Part shown: piece after piece, positions 19,451 to 29,259 of the stretch
How positions within the stretch are numbered: the stretch's first letter is position 1
How the letters are laid out: the number at the start of each line of letters is the position of its first letter
Origin: an uncultured Bacteroidales bacterium
GTDB lineage: Bacteria > Bacteroidota > Bacteroidia > Bacteroidales > WCHB1-69
NCBI GenBank assembly: GCA_934699095.1
Contig: CAKUVI010000001.1
Coordinates: 320,890 to 384,889 of the forward strand
Reading direction: 5' to 3'
DNA: 64,000 nt
The notes under the pieces: generated by a model
Database searches by the model: none
Seen by the model: only the letters and a program-made list of their open reading frames with translations
What the model was told of the DNA's origin: nothing
Made by a program: the position numbers and the translations under genes

Positions 19451-20743
19451 TTAGCGGATTTGGAGGGCTTCACCCACCACGAAACAGCTGCCTGTTATGA
19501 GGATGACATCGTCTCTCTTTGCGTTTGCCTTGGCTGCTCCAACAGCTGTCGCCACAGATCCGTACGTGGTGCATTCCAACCCGGCAGTCTCCATTTTAGA
19601 GGTCAGTATGGAAGGGTCCATTGCCCTTTCAATTTGGGCGCAGCAGACATAGTAGTGGTAGTCTTTTGGGAGTATTTTGACAATGTTGTCGATGTCTTTG
19701 TCCTTGACCATGCCGAAAACCACATGTATTCTTGAGTTTTCAGCAGGCTTTTCCCTGCGGATATATGGCATACTGTATTGGAGGCCTGCGAGATTGTGGC
19801 CCACATCACAGATGGTGACAGGAGAATCAGAAAGTCTCTGCCATCGTCCCATCAGCCCTGTGTTTTTAATAACATTCTGCACAGCGTCTGCAAAAACGTC
19901 CTTTTGGATGTTGAGTACAAATTCGAGTACCTTGACGCATTGCATGAAAGTCACAGTGTTCTTGAGCTGGTATTCGCCTCCGAGTGGAGTTGACGGGAGT
20001 GAGGCAACGGTTTCCCCTTTGCTGTCATACAGCACGATTCCATTGTCTGTTGATTGCATCGAGTAGTTGCTGTCGGCGAGGAAGAGAGGTGCGTTGTGTG
20101 TGTTGGCAATGTCTTCAAACACGGGGAAGCTTTCGGGGTTAAACTCGCCAATCACCACAGGGGTGTTATCCTTTATGATGCCAGCTTTTTCGGCGGCTAT
20201 CTTGGCTATTGAGTCGCCCAAGAGCTGAGTGTGTTCAAGTGATATGTTGGTTATCACGGAAAGGAGGGGTTTGATGACGTTGGTGGCGTCCAATCTGCCT
20301 CCGAGTCCAACTTCAACAATGGCTATGTCAACGTTCTGTTTGTTGAAATAGTCAAAGGCGAGAGCTGTTGTTATCTCAAAGAACGAAGGTTCGAGGTGTT
20401 GGAATTTTTCCTGGTTTATGTCGAAGAACTTCACCACATCGTTTTCGGGTATCATTTGTCCGTTGATGCGTATGCGTTCGCGGAAATCGACAAGGTGGGG
20501 CGAGGTGAAAAGACCGGTTTTGTATCCGAGTTCTTGGAAATAGGATGCGAGCAGAGCCGACACGGAGCCTTTGCCGTTGGAGCCGGCCACGTGGACGCAC
20601 TTGAGTCCTTGTTGGGGATTGTCGAGTATGTTTAGCAGCTCTTCGATGTTTTCGAGGCCTTCCTTATAGGCGGATGAGCCGATTTTATGGTACATCGGGT
20701 AGGCGGAGAATATGTTCTCCAGGATCTCGTGATATGATTTCAT
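19451..20743 (-). CDS. folC: bifunctional folylpolyglutamate synthase/dihydrofolate synthase
   Basis: Mur-ligase P-loop HVAGSNGKGS and overall FolC-like length. Confidence 0.85.
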   Translation of the reverse strand: MKSYHEILENIFSAYPMYHKIGSSAYKEGLENIEELLNILDNPQQGLKCVHVAGSNGKGSVSALLASYFQELGYKTGLFTSPHLVDFRERIRINGQMIPENDVVKFFDINQEKFQHLEPSFFEITTALAFDYFNKQNVDIAIVEVGLGGRLDATNVIKPLLSVITNISLEHTQLLGDSIAKIAAEKAGIIKDNTPVVIGEFNPESFPVFEDIANTHNAPLFLADSNYSMQSTDNGIVLYDSKGETVASLPSTPLGGEYQLKNTVTFMQCVKVLEFVLNIQKDVFADAVQNVIKNTGLMGRWQRLSDSPVTICDVGHNLAGLQYSMPYIRREKPAENSRIHVVFGMVKDKDIDNIVKILPKDYHYYVCCAQIERAMDPSILTSKMETAGLECTTYGSVATAVGAAKANAKRDDVILITGSCFVVGEALQIR

Positions 20744-20752
20744 GTTTAAAGA

Positions 20753-21451
20753 CTATGAGAAGATGATGATGCGGAGTTCTTCCTTGCCGGGGTTGTAAAC
20801 GGCCTGTTTGGCGCGGGCCACGCACTGTTGTTGGGCGTTGCGGTTGGTGATGGTCGTCTTGTGTTTGGCGTTGTTGATCACGCGGGCGTCAATGACATGG
20901 CCGTCGGCTGCGACATGCACCTCGACGCATATCTGTCCTTGTTCGTTGATGGTGGTGTTTATCTGTTGCACCAATCCGCGGTGGCCGGTGCCATATCCCA
21001 CGCCTCCGCCTGAGCCTGCGCCTTCGCCGGGACCCAATCCGGAGCCTGTGCCGCTGCCAATTCCGGAGCCAGAGCCTCCGCCTGAACCTGTGCCTCCGCG
21101 TCCCCTGTACATCGACGACTGGTCGGGTTTAGGCGTTGAAGGTGCCGGTTGTGTGTTGCGGTTGGTGGTTGTGCGGTCGGAGTGGTTGACTGCAGGTGCG
21201 TCCTGTGCGTTTTGAGTGGCAAGATTCTCGCCTGACGAGGGTTTTGGCTTTGATGCCACGTTTGGGGTACCGCCACCGCCGCCGCCGCCTATCGAGGCTA
21301 TGTCAACATACACCATCTTCTTTGGCGGCGGCGGGGGAACTTGAGTCTTGAGACTGCATGCCAGAAGCAAAATCAACATCAATCCCATGGTGCCGACTGT
21401 TATGCACCACGCGATGACTTTGTCTTTTCTATTCTCGTCAGTGTTTTTCAT
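20753..21451 (-). CDS. TonB-like energy transducer
   Basis: N-terminal TM anchor, PPPPPKK, a Gly/Ser-rich linker and a small C-terminal domain. Lies directly after exbB-exbD with a 4 nt overlap. Confidence 0.55.
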   Translation of the reverse strand: MKNTDENRKDKVIAWCITVGTMGLMLILLLACSLKTQVPPPPPKKMVYVDIASIGGGGGGGTPNVASKPKPSSGENLATQNAQDAPAVNHSDRTTTNRNTQPAPSTPKPDQSSMYRGRGGTGSGGGSGSGIGSGTGSGLGPGEGAGSGGGVGYGTGHRGLVQQINTTINEQGQICVEVHVAADGHVIDARVINNAKHKTTITNRNAQQQCVARAKQAVYNPGKEELRIIIFS

Positions 21452-21888
21452 TTGGCTTCTGTGGCTAATACCATTTTATATCTCTGTTCTTCCGGGAAAT
21501 TTTCGTTCAGTTGGTTCAGGATGTCCATCAATGCCACCACGTTTTCGATCGGCACGGATTTGTCGGCCCTGAGTATCACGTTCTTGTCTATCGTGTTGTC
21601 CTGCTCCACTGCAGCCATTAATGTCGGGAGCAGGTCTTCGTAAGCTGTCGGCTGCGCCGAGCTGCCTTCGGGGTTGACATAGTATTGGAGGTCGGCGTCT
21701 ATATATACCTCGAGGTTCTTCGAGGCGAGCTGTTTCTCGGCTGTGCTTTTTGGCAGTACAAGGTTTATGGCGTTCGGTGAAACCATTGTGGAGGTCAGCA
21801 TGAAGAATATCAACAGCAGGAACACAAGGTCTGACATTGAGGTCGCGCTGAAGGTAGCGTCAATCCTATTTTGCATTTTGATAGCCAT
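21448..21888 (-). CDS. exbD: biopolymer transporter ExbD
   Basis: Single TM (DLVFLLLIFFM) plus a periplasmic domain; operon context. Confidence 0.8.
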   Translation of the reverse strand: MAIKMQNRIDATFSATSMSDLVFLLLIFFMLTSTMVSPNAINLVLPKSTAEKQLASKNLEVYIDADLQYYVNPEGSSAQPTAYEDLLPTLMAAVEQDNTIDKNVILRADKSVPIENVVALMDILNQLNENFPEEQRYKMVLATEAK

Positions 21889-21900
21889 AACTACTTGAGT

Positions 21901-22602
21901 TTAAGCGTTTTCGTGAAGAAGGTCCATGAATTCTGTGGTTCGTACTTCCAACATATAAACAACGTTGGAGATCTTTGAAATCAGCAGGTTATGGAACACT
22001 AAGGCTATGATGCCGACTATGAGGCCGCCCACTGTGGTTATCATGGCTGTGTAGATGCCTGATGACAGTGTGCCGATGTTGAAGTTGTTGGGATCTGCCG
22101 CCATGTTGTGGAAAGCTCCCACCATGCCGACCACGGTTCCGAGGAATCCCATCATCGGGGCCACGGCAGCGATAGTCGCAAGTGCCGACACTCCCTTCTC
22201 CAGACGTGCTACCTCAAGGTTGCCTTCGTTCTCGATGGCGGTGCGGATGTCATCCAACGGACGGCCCAGACGTGACAGGCCCTTGTCGATCATTCTTGCT
22301 GTAGGGTTGTTGTTGCCACGGCAGAGCGCAACAGCTGAATCCAGCTTGCCCTCGTGTATGAAATCACGTATGTTGTTCATGAAGTTGCTCTCCTCCTGCG
22401 AGGCCCTATTGACTATTAATAGCTTCTTGACAAAGAAGTATATCGCGAATGCCAACATCAGTATCAATGGGATTATTATCCAAAGACTGTTCACTGCGAA
22501 TACCAATTTGAAATATGAAGTCTCCTCCACATGGGGGGCCGGAACCGCTCCGGTAACTTGCATAGTGTCGTTCAAGACAGCTAATAATGTTGAAAATCTC
22601 AT
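21901..22602 (-). CDS. exbB: MotA/TolQ/ExbB proton channel protein
   Basis: Three TM helices and the conserved C-terminal core (APMMGFLGTVVGM...GLIVGI). Confidence 0.85.
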   Translation of the reverse strand: MRFSTLLAVLNDTMQVTGAVPAPHVEETSYFKLVFAVNSLWIIIPLILMLAFAIYFFVKKLLIVNRASQEESNFMNNIRDFIHEGKLDSAVALCRGNNNPTARMIDKGLSRLGRPLDDIRTAIENEGNLEVARLEKGVSALATIAAVAPMMGFLGTVVGMVGAFHNMAADPNNFNIGTLSSGIYTAMITTVGGLIVGIIALVFHNLLISKISNVVYMLEVRTTEFMDLLHENA

Positions 22603-22619
22603 AGTACAAAAAATTTATG

Positions 22620-22627
22620 CAAAAATA
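22620..22627 (-). promoter_or_regulatory. -7 promoter box (TATTTTTG on the minus strand) for exbB
   Basis: TAnnTTTG match 18 nt upstream of the ATG at 22602. Confidence 0.5.
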
Positions 22628-22728
22628 TATCCTAAACGGGTAGTTTTTCCTTCTTGAAAATTATTTTTTAAACATTTAAATGTTGATATTACGCTTTCAT
22701 ATCTAACTTGATTCTTTCCTAAATATTG

Positions 22729-22736
22729 TATTTTTG
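22729..22736 (+). promoter_or_regulatory. -7 promoter box (TATTTTTG) for ftsK
   Basis: TAnnTTTG match 33 nt upstream of the ATG at 22769. Confidence 0.5.
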
Positions 22737-22768
22737 TTGTTTTATTAAAGTAAAGTTTGTTAAGTTTC

Positions 22769-25414
22769 ATGAAGACTATAAGTCGCAATAAGCCAAAGAA
22801 ATCGGCTACATCCAATATCCAGAAGTTCGCCTCGGCCAAGTCGGGCGGCACTTCCAAATCATCGCGAAAAAAATCGAAGGCCAAGAAAGAGAGCGGACAG
22901 AACCTCTCGGCTGGGAAATTCTTCAGCTTTCTGGGCGGCAAGACCATGTTGATGGTTTATGGGGTCCTGCTGATGCTGTTCGCAGTGACTCTGTTTATCT
23001 CCATGATTTCATTCTATTTCAACGCGGGAAACAATATCTCATACGTGGAAAGCTATGCAGATGGCAATTCCGCCATCGAGGTCTCCAACTGGCTCAAAAG
23101 CGTGGGCGCGTTCCTTGCCTACTATTTCATCAAGCCCTTCGGGGTCTTCTCGATAGGCATACCCGTGTTGCTCTTCCTTTATGCTATGCGCATAATGACG
23201 CACGCCCTTGCAAAAGAGCCGAAATACAACTTGTGGCGCGTAACCTTCAGGACACTGATAATGATGTTCTTCTTGTCTTTCACCATAGGTATATTCAGCT
23301 TCCAGACCCAACACTCTTTTCTTGCCGGCGTGTTCGGGAATTTCGTTGACAAGTTTCTCTTCGACCATGTCGGGATGCTTGGATTGGTGTTTGTTGAGAT
23401 TGCGTTTCTGGCCATAGTGCTCTTCATCTTCCAAGACAGAGAGGGCAATAGCTATCTTGCCAAGTGCGCCGAGGGTGTGGCCGGGGCTGCGGGTATGGCT
23501 TTCTCAGCCGTGAAAGAAAAACGCAACAACCGTCACGCTGCCGACGGTGATGAAACCTCCAAGGTGATATCCGACTTCCAATCGCAGAAGTCTGAACGTG
23601 AGGACCTCGACGACCTCTATATCTCCGACCACGGTGTGCTTAGTAAAGAATATGCGGCCCCAAACGATTTTCTCACCGGAGAACAGCAGCAAGAAAATGC
23701 CGAAGAGGAGATTCCGTTCGAAATAGTCTCAAACAACGGACAAGTTGAAGAAAAACCTTCAGAAAACGACAATCCGCAGGAAGCCGAAGAAGAGATAGTC
23801 ATTGACACGCATGACGACGAAGCGGTGGGGGCACTCACTCCCGAAGAGGTTAAAGACCTGGAACCGTACGACCCGCGCAAAGACCTCTCACTCTTTGAGT
23901 TTCCGCCTGTCGAACTGCTGATGGACCATCCATATACAGCCTCCACAAAAGAACTCATGCGAAAGGAACTGTTGGAAAACAAGCACAATATAGAAAAAAC
24001 CCTTCTCAGCTTCGGTATCGCCATCAAGAGCATTTCTGCAGTCGTTGGTCCAACAGTAACACTTTATGAAATTGTGCCCAAAGAGGGTGTGAGAATAAGT
24101 AAAATCAAGAGTTTGGAGGATGACATTGCATTGAGTCTCGCTGCTTTGGGAATACGTATAATAGCCCCGATACCAGGACGCGGCACAATAGGTATCGAGG
24201 TGCCCAACAAGAAGCCTGAGATCGTGTCGATGCGCGACATAATCACATCCGAAAAATTCAAAAACAATAACTTCGCTTTGCCTATCGGACTTGGCAAGAC
24301 CATCAACAACGAGGCTTTTGTGGTGGATTTGGCAAAGATGCCTCACTTGCTTGTTGCCGGTGCGACCGGACAAGGCAAGTCTGTGGGATTGAACGCTATA
24401 ATCACTTCTCTGCTCTATACCAAACATCCCTCAGAGATGAAGTTCGTGCTGGTGGATCCCAAAAAAGTGGAGTTCACACTATATTCCACGATTGAGAATT
24501 ATTATCTTGCCTCAATTCCGGAAGTTAACGATGGTGACGATAACGAACCTATTATCACAGATACAAAAAAGGTTGTCAGAACTCTCAACTCTCTGTGTTT
24601 GGAGATGGACAACCGTTATGATCTTCTGAAGAAGGCGAAAATGCGTAATTTGAAGGAGTATAACGCCAAGTTCTGCAAGCGTGAATTGTCGCCGGCAGCA
24701 GGTCACCGTTATATGCCTTACATTGTGGTGGTGATAGATGAGTTCGGTGACCTCATAATGACGGCGGGACGCGAGGTGGAGCAGCCTTTGGCTCGTTTGG
24801 CACAGTTGGCACGCGCCATCGGCATACACCTGGTGATTGCAACCCAGCGTCCGTCGGTGAACATAATCACCGGCAGCATCAAGGCCAACTTCCCCGCCCG
24901 TATCGCTTTCCGTGTACAGTCGGGCGTCGATTCCAAGACTATCCTTGATGCTACAGGCGCCAATCAGCTTATAGGCAAGGGCGACATGCTGATATCCACC
25001 GGCAGCGACGTGGTGCGCCTGCAATGCGCTTTCGTGGATACCCCTGAAGTGGAAAAAATCGCCGAATTCATAGGTCAGCAGTCTATCGAACGTCCGCTTG
25101 CACAGCCATACGAACTGCCATACGTTCCCGATACGTCTGAAAAGAGCGAGGCCCGCACTGAAGAATATAGCAACCCCGACGAATTCGACCCTCTGATTGT
25201 GGAGGCGGCTTCTTTGATAATACAGACTCAGCAGGGCTCCACTTCGTCAATCCAGCGCAAGATGAGTATCGGTTATAACCGCGCAGGACGTATCATGGAT
25301 CAGCTCGAAGACCTCAAGATTGTAGGCCCGGGGGCGGGTAGCAAGCCACGTCAAGTGCTCGTGAAGACGGAGATGGAACTTCGCCAACTACTCGCAGAAA
25401 AAGGACTGCTGTAG
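22769..25414 (+). CDS. ftsK: DNA translocase FtsK/SpoIIIE
   Basis: N-terminal TM helices, Walker A VAGATGQGKS, Walker B VVVIDEFGDL, and a C-terminal gamma winged helix (SIQRKMSIGYNRAGRIMDQLE). The ORF track starts at TTG 22757; ATG 22769 is preferred. Confidence 0.9.
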   Translation: MKTISRNKPKKSATSNIQKFASAKSGGTSKSSRKKSKAKKESGQNLSAGKFFSFLGGKTMLMVYGVLLMLFAVTLFISMISFYFNAGNNISYVESYADGNSAIEVSNWLKSVGAFLAYYFIKPFGVFSIGIPVLLFLYAMRIMTHALAKEPKYNLWRVTFRTLIMMFFLSFTIGIFSFQTQHSFLAGVFGNFVDKFLFDHVGMLGLVFVEIAFLAIVLFIFQDREGNSYLAKCAEGVAGAAGMAFSAVKEKRNNRHAADGDETSKVISDFQSQKSEREDLDDLYISDHGVLSKEYAAPNDFLTGEQQQENAEEEIPFEIVSNNGQVEEKPSENDNPQEAEEEIVIDTHDDEAVGALTPEEVKDLEPYDPRKDLSLFEFPPVELLMDHPYTASTKELMRKELLENKHNIEKTLLSFGIAIKSISAVVGPTVTLYEIVPKEGVRISKIKSLEDDIALSLAALGIRIIAPIPGRGTIGIEVPNKKPEIVSMRDIITSEKFKNNNFALPIGLGKTINNEAFVVDLAKMPHLLVAGATGQGKSVGLNAIITSLLYTKHPSEMKFVLVDPKKVEFTLYSTIENYYLASIPEVNDGDDNEPIITDTKKVVRTLNSLCLEMDNRYDLLKKAKMRNLKEYNAKFCKRELSPAAGHRYMPYIVVVIDEFGDLIMTAGREVEQPLARLAQLARAIGIHLVIATQRPSVNIITGSIKANFPARIAFRVQSGVDSKTILDATGANQLIGKGDMLISTGSDVVRLQCAFVDTPEVEKIAEFIGQQSIERPLAQPYELPYVPDTSEKSEARTEEYSNPDEFDPLIVEAASLIIQTQQGSTSSIQRKMSIGYNRAGRIMDQLEDLKIVGPGAGSKPRQVLVKTEMELRQLLAEKGLL

Positions 25415-25443
25415 GGCTTTGTTGCAAGTGGCAAAATTTATTG

Positions 25444-25451
25444 TATATTTG
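25444..25451 (+). promoter_or_regulatory. -7 promoter box (TATATTTG)
   Basis: TAnnTTTG match 24 nt upstream of the ATG at 25475. Confidence 0.5.
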
Positions 25452-25474
25452 CGGACTTTATTTTCGAGTCGTAT

Positions 25475-26695
25475 ATGAACAACAATATAGATGCTGTAAA
25501 ACGCCGTTTCGGTATAATCGGTTTCGACCCTGCATTAGAACACGCCATCGATGTGGCCATGCAGGTGGCTGTGACCGACTTGTCGGTGTTGATAACAGGA
25601 GAGAGCGGTGTTGGTAAAGAGTCGTTTCCCAAAATCATCCATGCTTATTCACCGCGGAAGACCAAGACATACATCGCGGTTAACTGCGGAGCAATTCCGG
25701 AGGGAACGATAGATTCTGAACTTTTCGGACATGAGAAGGGCGCTTTCACCGGTGCGGTGGAGTCTCGCAAGGGCTATTTTGAGGAGGCATCCGGCGGCAC
25801 CCTGTTCTTAGATGAGGTTGCCGACCTTCCACTCGCCACACAAGTGCGCCTCTTGAGGGTCCTCGAAAGCGGAGAGTATATGCGTGTGGGCTCTTCCAAG
25901 GTGCTCAAAACTGATGTGCGCGTAGTTGCAGCCACTAATGTCAATATCGCTGAGAGAATAAAAAAAGGTAAATTCAGGGAGGACCTGTACTATCGCCTTA
26001 ACTCCGTACCGATACGTGTGCCTGCATTGAGAGAACGCAAAGGTGATATTTATCCGCTTTTTATTAAATTCGCATCAGACTTCTCCGACAAATACCATTT
26101 CCCGACCATATCCCTTACGGAGGACGCACAAAAGATGCTGAGCAATTATCGTTGGCCCGGAAACGTGCGCCAGTTGAAAAATGTAACCGAGCAGATTTCC
26201 CTTATAGAAAAGGAACGCATAATCGATGCTGAGGCCCTTAAACCCTATCTTAACGACCCGGTCGGTTCAAATTTGCCCGTTGTTATACAATCAGATTCTG
26301 AAACCCAGGATAACATGCAAAGGGAACTGATATTTAAGGTTATAGCAGAACTGCAACGTGAAGTGCAATCGCTCAAAAGCCAGCTTTCTCATATCTCAAA
26401 TACCGATTCTAATGAATATGGCCAACTTCCGCCAAAAATCGACCAAACAGTCTCCATACCCGAAGGCCATATCGATTATTCTATTTATCACACTGATAAA
26501 ATTGCGAAAAATCCAACATTTGACGACTCTGAATTGGTGGAAGAACCAGATCTTTCGATGGAAAACACCGAAAAACATGCAATTGTACGTGCATTGCAAC
26601 GCCATGGGGGAAACAGGAAATTGGCAGCCAATGAACTGAAAATTTCGGAACGTACTCTGTATAGAAAAATTAAGGAATATGAAATCTCAATATAA
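25475..26695 (+). CDS. sigma-54-dependent transcriptional activator (AAA+ and Fis-type HTH, no N-terminal sensor domain)
   Basis: Walker A GESGVGKE, the sigma-54 contact loop GAFTGA, and a C-terminal HTH (LAANELKISERTLYRKIKEY). The AAA+ core begins about 10 aa from the N-terminus. Confidence 0.85.
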   Translation: MNNNIDAVKRRFGIIGFDPALEHAIDVAMQVAVTDLSVLITGESGVGKESFPKIIHAYSPRKTKTYIAVNCGAIPEGTIDSELFGHEKGAFTGAVESRKGYFEEASGGTLFLDEVADLPLATQVRLLRVLESGEYMRVGSSKVLKTDVRVVAATNVNIAERIKKGKFREDLYYRLNSVPIRVPALRERKGDIYPLFIKFASDFSDKYHFPTISLTEDAQKMLSNYRWPGNVRQLKNVTEQISLIEKERIIDAEALKPYLNDPVGSNLPVVIQSDSETQDNMQRELIFKVIAELQREVQSLKSQLSHISNTDSNEYGQLPPKIDQTVSIPEGHIDYSIYHTDKIAKNPTFDDSELVEEPDLSMENTEKHAIVRALQRHGGNRKLAANELKISERTLYRKIKEYEISI

Positions 26696-27215
26696 AGGTA
26701 GCAGTCTGTTGCGTATAGCATCACCAGTTGTCATCCTGTTCAGTCTTATACTTCTCACAGGGTGCAGGATGTCGGTGTCGCTTACCGGCGGCACCATAGA
26801 CGCCCGTGCCAAGACCGTGGCCATAACCACTTTTCCGAACAATTCATCATTGGTCAACCCGACCTTGAGCCAAAGTTTCACCACTGCCCTCAAGGATAAG
26901 ATTCAAGGCCAGACTCCCTTGACAATAGTAGATAATAATGGAGACTATACATTGGAGGGCGAGATTACATCATATACTGTTAACCCTGTGGCTATACAAG
27001 GCAACGACAGTCCTGCCATGAACCGGTTGACAATCACAGTAAGGGTTCGCTTTTATAACAAATTTGATGAAGCTCAGAATTTCGACCAGACTTTCTCGCG
27101 CTATGCCGACTACCCTGGCACTCAGAATCTGAGCAGTGTGGAAAATTCGTTGGTTACTGAAATCAATGACGCTCTCACCGACGATATTTTCAACAAGGCA
27201 TTCGTCAACTGGTAG
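26679..27215 (+). CDS. LptE-like outer-membrane lipoprotein
   Basis: Lipobox LLTGC, ~170 aa, and a conserved position after the sigma-54 activator in Bacteroidota. Family assignment is from memory. Confidence 0.45.
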   Translation: MKSQYKGSSLLRIASPVVILFSLILLTGCRMSVSLTGGTIDARAKTVAITTFPNNSSLVNPTLSQSFTTALKDKIQGQTPLTIVDNNGDYTLEGEITSYTVNPVAIQGNDSPAMNRLTITVRVRFYNKFDEAQNFDQTFSRYADYPGTQNLSSVENSLVTEINDALTDDIFNKAFVNW

Positions 27216-27217
27216 TC

Positions 27218-29251
27218 TTATTTTACACTTTTCACTGCGTTTTCGGTTGCAATAATCAGCGGTTGGGCTGACAATTCGCTGCCGAGTGCTCGTTGCATCC
27301 AGAGTTTCGGGGTTATCCTGCCGTTTTTGAACATCCTGATAACTTCAGGGCCAATTACTTTTCCCTTGAAATACTCTTCCAATTGAAAATCGATGAGATG
27401 TCCCACTGGATATGCCGCAAGATAAAGAGGATCGATGACCGCGTGCGAGTAAATGGCGAGTATCTCCTGGTCTTTCGACTTGAAAACAGGTGCATAATAT
27501 GCGTTCCACACCTCTTTTGCGATGTCGATATTGGCTTTTTTGAGCTGATCTTCAGTAGCGTTCGGGTTGGCGTAGAGCCATTTCCAAACTTTAATCTCGG
27601 TCAGAGCCACGCCCATTATTTCATAGCAGTTCCAGAAGAGGTCCAAAGTGTTGAGATTCTCGGCATTTGGGTCGTTTCCAGCATCAACGCCCAGAAGATC
27701 CAAATCCTTGCCTTGGAATACAAATGCCAGAGCCTCGGTGAAGGCTGTGTTTGGCACACCGCTGAGGAAATAGTTCGGCACATCGTATAGGGTTATGGTT
27801 TGCTCCACATTATGCCCGAATTCGTGAACGCCAATATTGTAGCCTTTATAGTCCATGCCGTTCTCCCCGATGCGGGTTCTCAGCATGCATGGATCTCCTT
27901 TCATCTTCGACTCGAGTGCGTGACCGGCACCTACTGATGGATCCACATGCACATTTTTGCACACAAGCTGCACTTTGTCTTCCGGAAAGCCCAACTTTCT
28001 CATTATATTTGGAAGATCCTTTGCGAAAGCATCCTTGGTTGGGTATTTTCCCCTTATCAAAGAGTCAAGATAGTCTTGGTTGATGCTGCTTCTGTTCTTG
28101 AAGCCGTCGTACCAAAGATCAAAAGGCTGTAGTTTTCTGCCCAATCTTTTGGAAATGAGGTTCCCAACTTGTTTTACAACAGGTGATGACAACAGGTCTG
28201 TGAACAATTTCTCGGCTTCATCAACAGATATTTCGTATTCATCCTCAAATTTCCTGTCAATGAAATTGCGATTTCCGCTGCAGTACTTGTCGGCAGCCTT
28301 CTCAGCATGGAAGAAATCAAGTATGTATTTGTATCGGAGTTGCTTTTCTTTTCCACGTGAGATATATTCTATTCCGTTGAGCATCAGTTGGTTGGTTGAA
28401 GGATGCCAAGCGAAGTCAAGGTCGTTCTTTGCAACTTCAACCGGAACATCGCAGTTTATGATTCTCTTCATCACATCATAGATGACTTGTTGTTTCTCAA
28501 GGCCGTTTTTCGTGTCTGCGTAAGCAGCCTTCAGTTCGTCACGTAAGCCCCAGTGGGTGATGAGCGGAAGCGAACTGTTCCAGTAAAATTGATTTGTGAA
28601 GCTTCCAACTTGCTTCATGTCAATGTTGTAACTGTCAATATATTGGTTGGCTGCTGCTGATACATTAGAGATATCCTGTTGCACTTTTGAAGGAATGCGG
28701 GAAGTGAACACATCGCCGAGGCGGACATACCCCCACTCGGTTTCTGTCCAATTCTGACCATTGCTGTTTTTCTCTTTAAGAGTGAAGTTCGGAAAGTTCA
28801 GTATGACCAAAAAGGCGAGCTTTGACTCGAACATGTCGTCTTCAAAATGTGCCAATCCGCTGTAAGCGCTGAAGTATTTGTCGGCGATTGTGGAGTTGTA
28901 TCCTGCCACTTGGTCAGGACGTTGAAGGTCGATGCTGACACGGTTGTTGTGACCGAAAATAATCTCGAAGTTGTTGCAAAGCCGTTCGAAAAGCTGCTGT
29001 TTCTCCTCTTTGTCTTTGCAAAAATTCTGCATGCAGAACTGCGCGAACTCCTGTTGTGTTCCGTCTTCTTCTGTCCAGAATGCGGCCGCCTGGCTTACGC
29101 CGCGTTCAATCAGCTGTTTTGAGATTGTTGAATGTTGGACGAGATAATCCACGACCTGATTCCGCGCGCCCTCTGAGATGTTGCTTTTTTGTGCGGAAAT
29201 AGCTGAAACTATGGTCATAACACAGATAATTGAAAGTGTCAGTCTCTTCAT
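27218..29251 (-). CDS. secreted putative gluzincin metallopeptidase
   Basis: Signal peptide. HEXXH motif (VHEFGHNVEQ) followed ~25 aa later by FTEALAF, a candidate third-ligand Glu. Family not identified. Confidence 0.5.
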   Translation of the reverse strand: MKRLTLSIICVMTIVSAISAQKSNISEGARNQVVDYLVQHSTISKQLIERGVSQAAAFWTEEDGTQQEFAQFCMQNFCKDKEEKQQLFERLCNNFEIIFGHNNRVSIDLQRPDQVAGYNSTIADKYFSAYSGLAHFEDDMFESKLAFLVILNFPNFTLKEKNSNGQNWTETEWGYVRLGDVFTSRIPSKVQQDISNVSAAANQYIDSYNIDMKQVGSFTNQFYWNSSLPLITHWGLRDELKAAYADTKNGLEKQQVIYDVMKRIINCDVPVEVAKNDLDFAWHPSTNQLMLNGIEYISRGKEKQLRYKYILDFFHAEKAADKYCSGNRNFIDRKFEDEYEISVDEAEKLFTDLLSSPVVKQVGNLISKRLGRKLQPFDLWYDGFKNRSSINQDYLDSLIRGKYPTKDAFAKDLPNIMRKLGFPEDKVQLVCKNVHVDPSVGAGHALESKMKGDPCMLRTRIGENGMDYKGYNIGVHEFGHNVEQTITLYDVPNYFLSGVPNTAFTEALAFVFQGKDLDLLGVDAGNDPNAENLNTLDLFWNCYEIMGVALTEIKVWKWLYANPNATEDQLKKANIDIAKEVWNAYYAPVFKSKDQEILAIYSHAVIDPLYLAAYPVGHLIDFQLEEYFKGKVIGPEVIRMFKNGRITPKLWMQRALGSELSAQPLIIATENAVKSVK

Positions 29252-29259
29252 TTTTAATC

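Noticed and set aside
20950-21300. The Gly/Ser/Pro-rich repetitive DNA inside the TonB-like gene, considered as a possible tandem-repeat or CRISPR-like element.
   Set aside because: It is in frame within a CDS and encodes the flexible linker (GGTGSGGGSGSGIGSGTGSG...). There is no repeat-spacer periodicity.
22615-22947. A 110 aa minus-strand ORF spanning the exbB/ftsK divergent promoter region.
   Set aside because: It covers two promoter boxes and the 5' end of ftsK in antisense. It has no recognisable motif.
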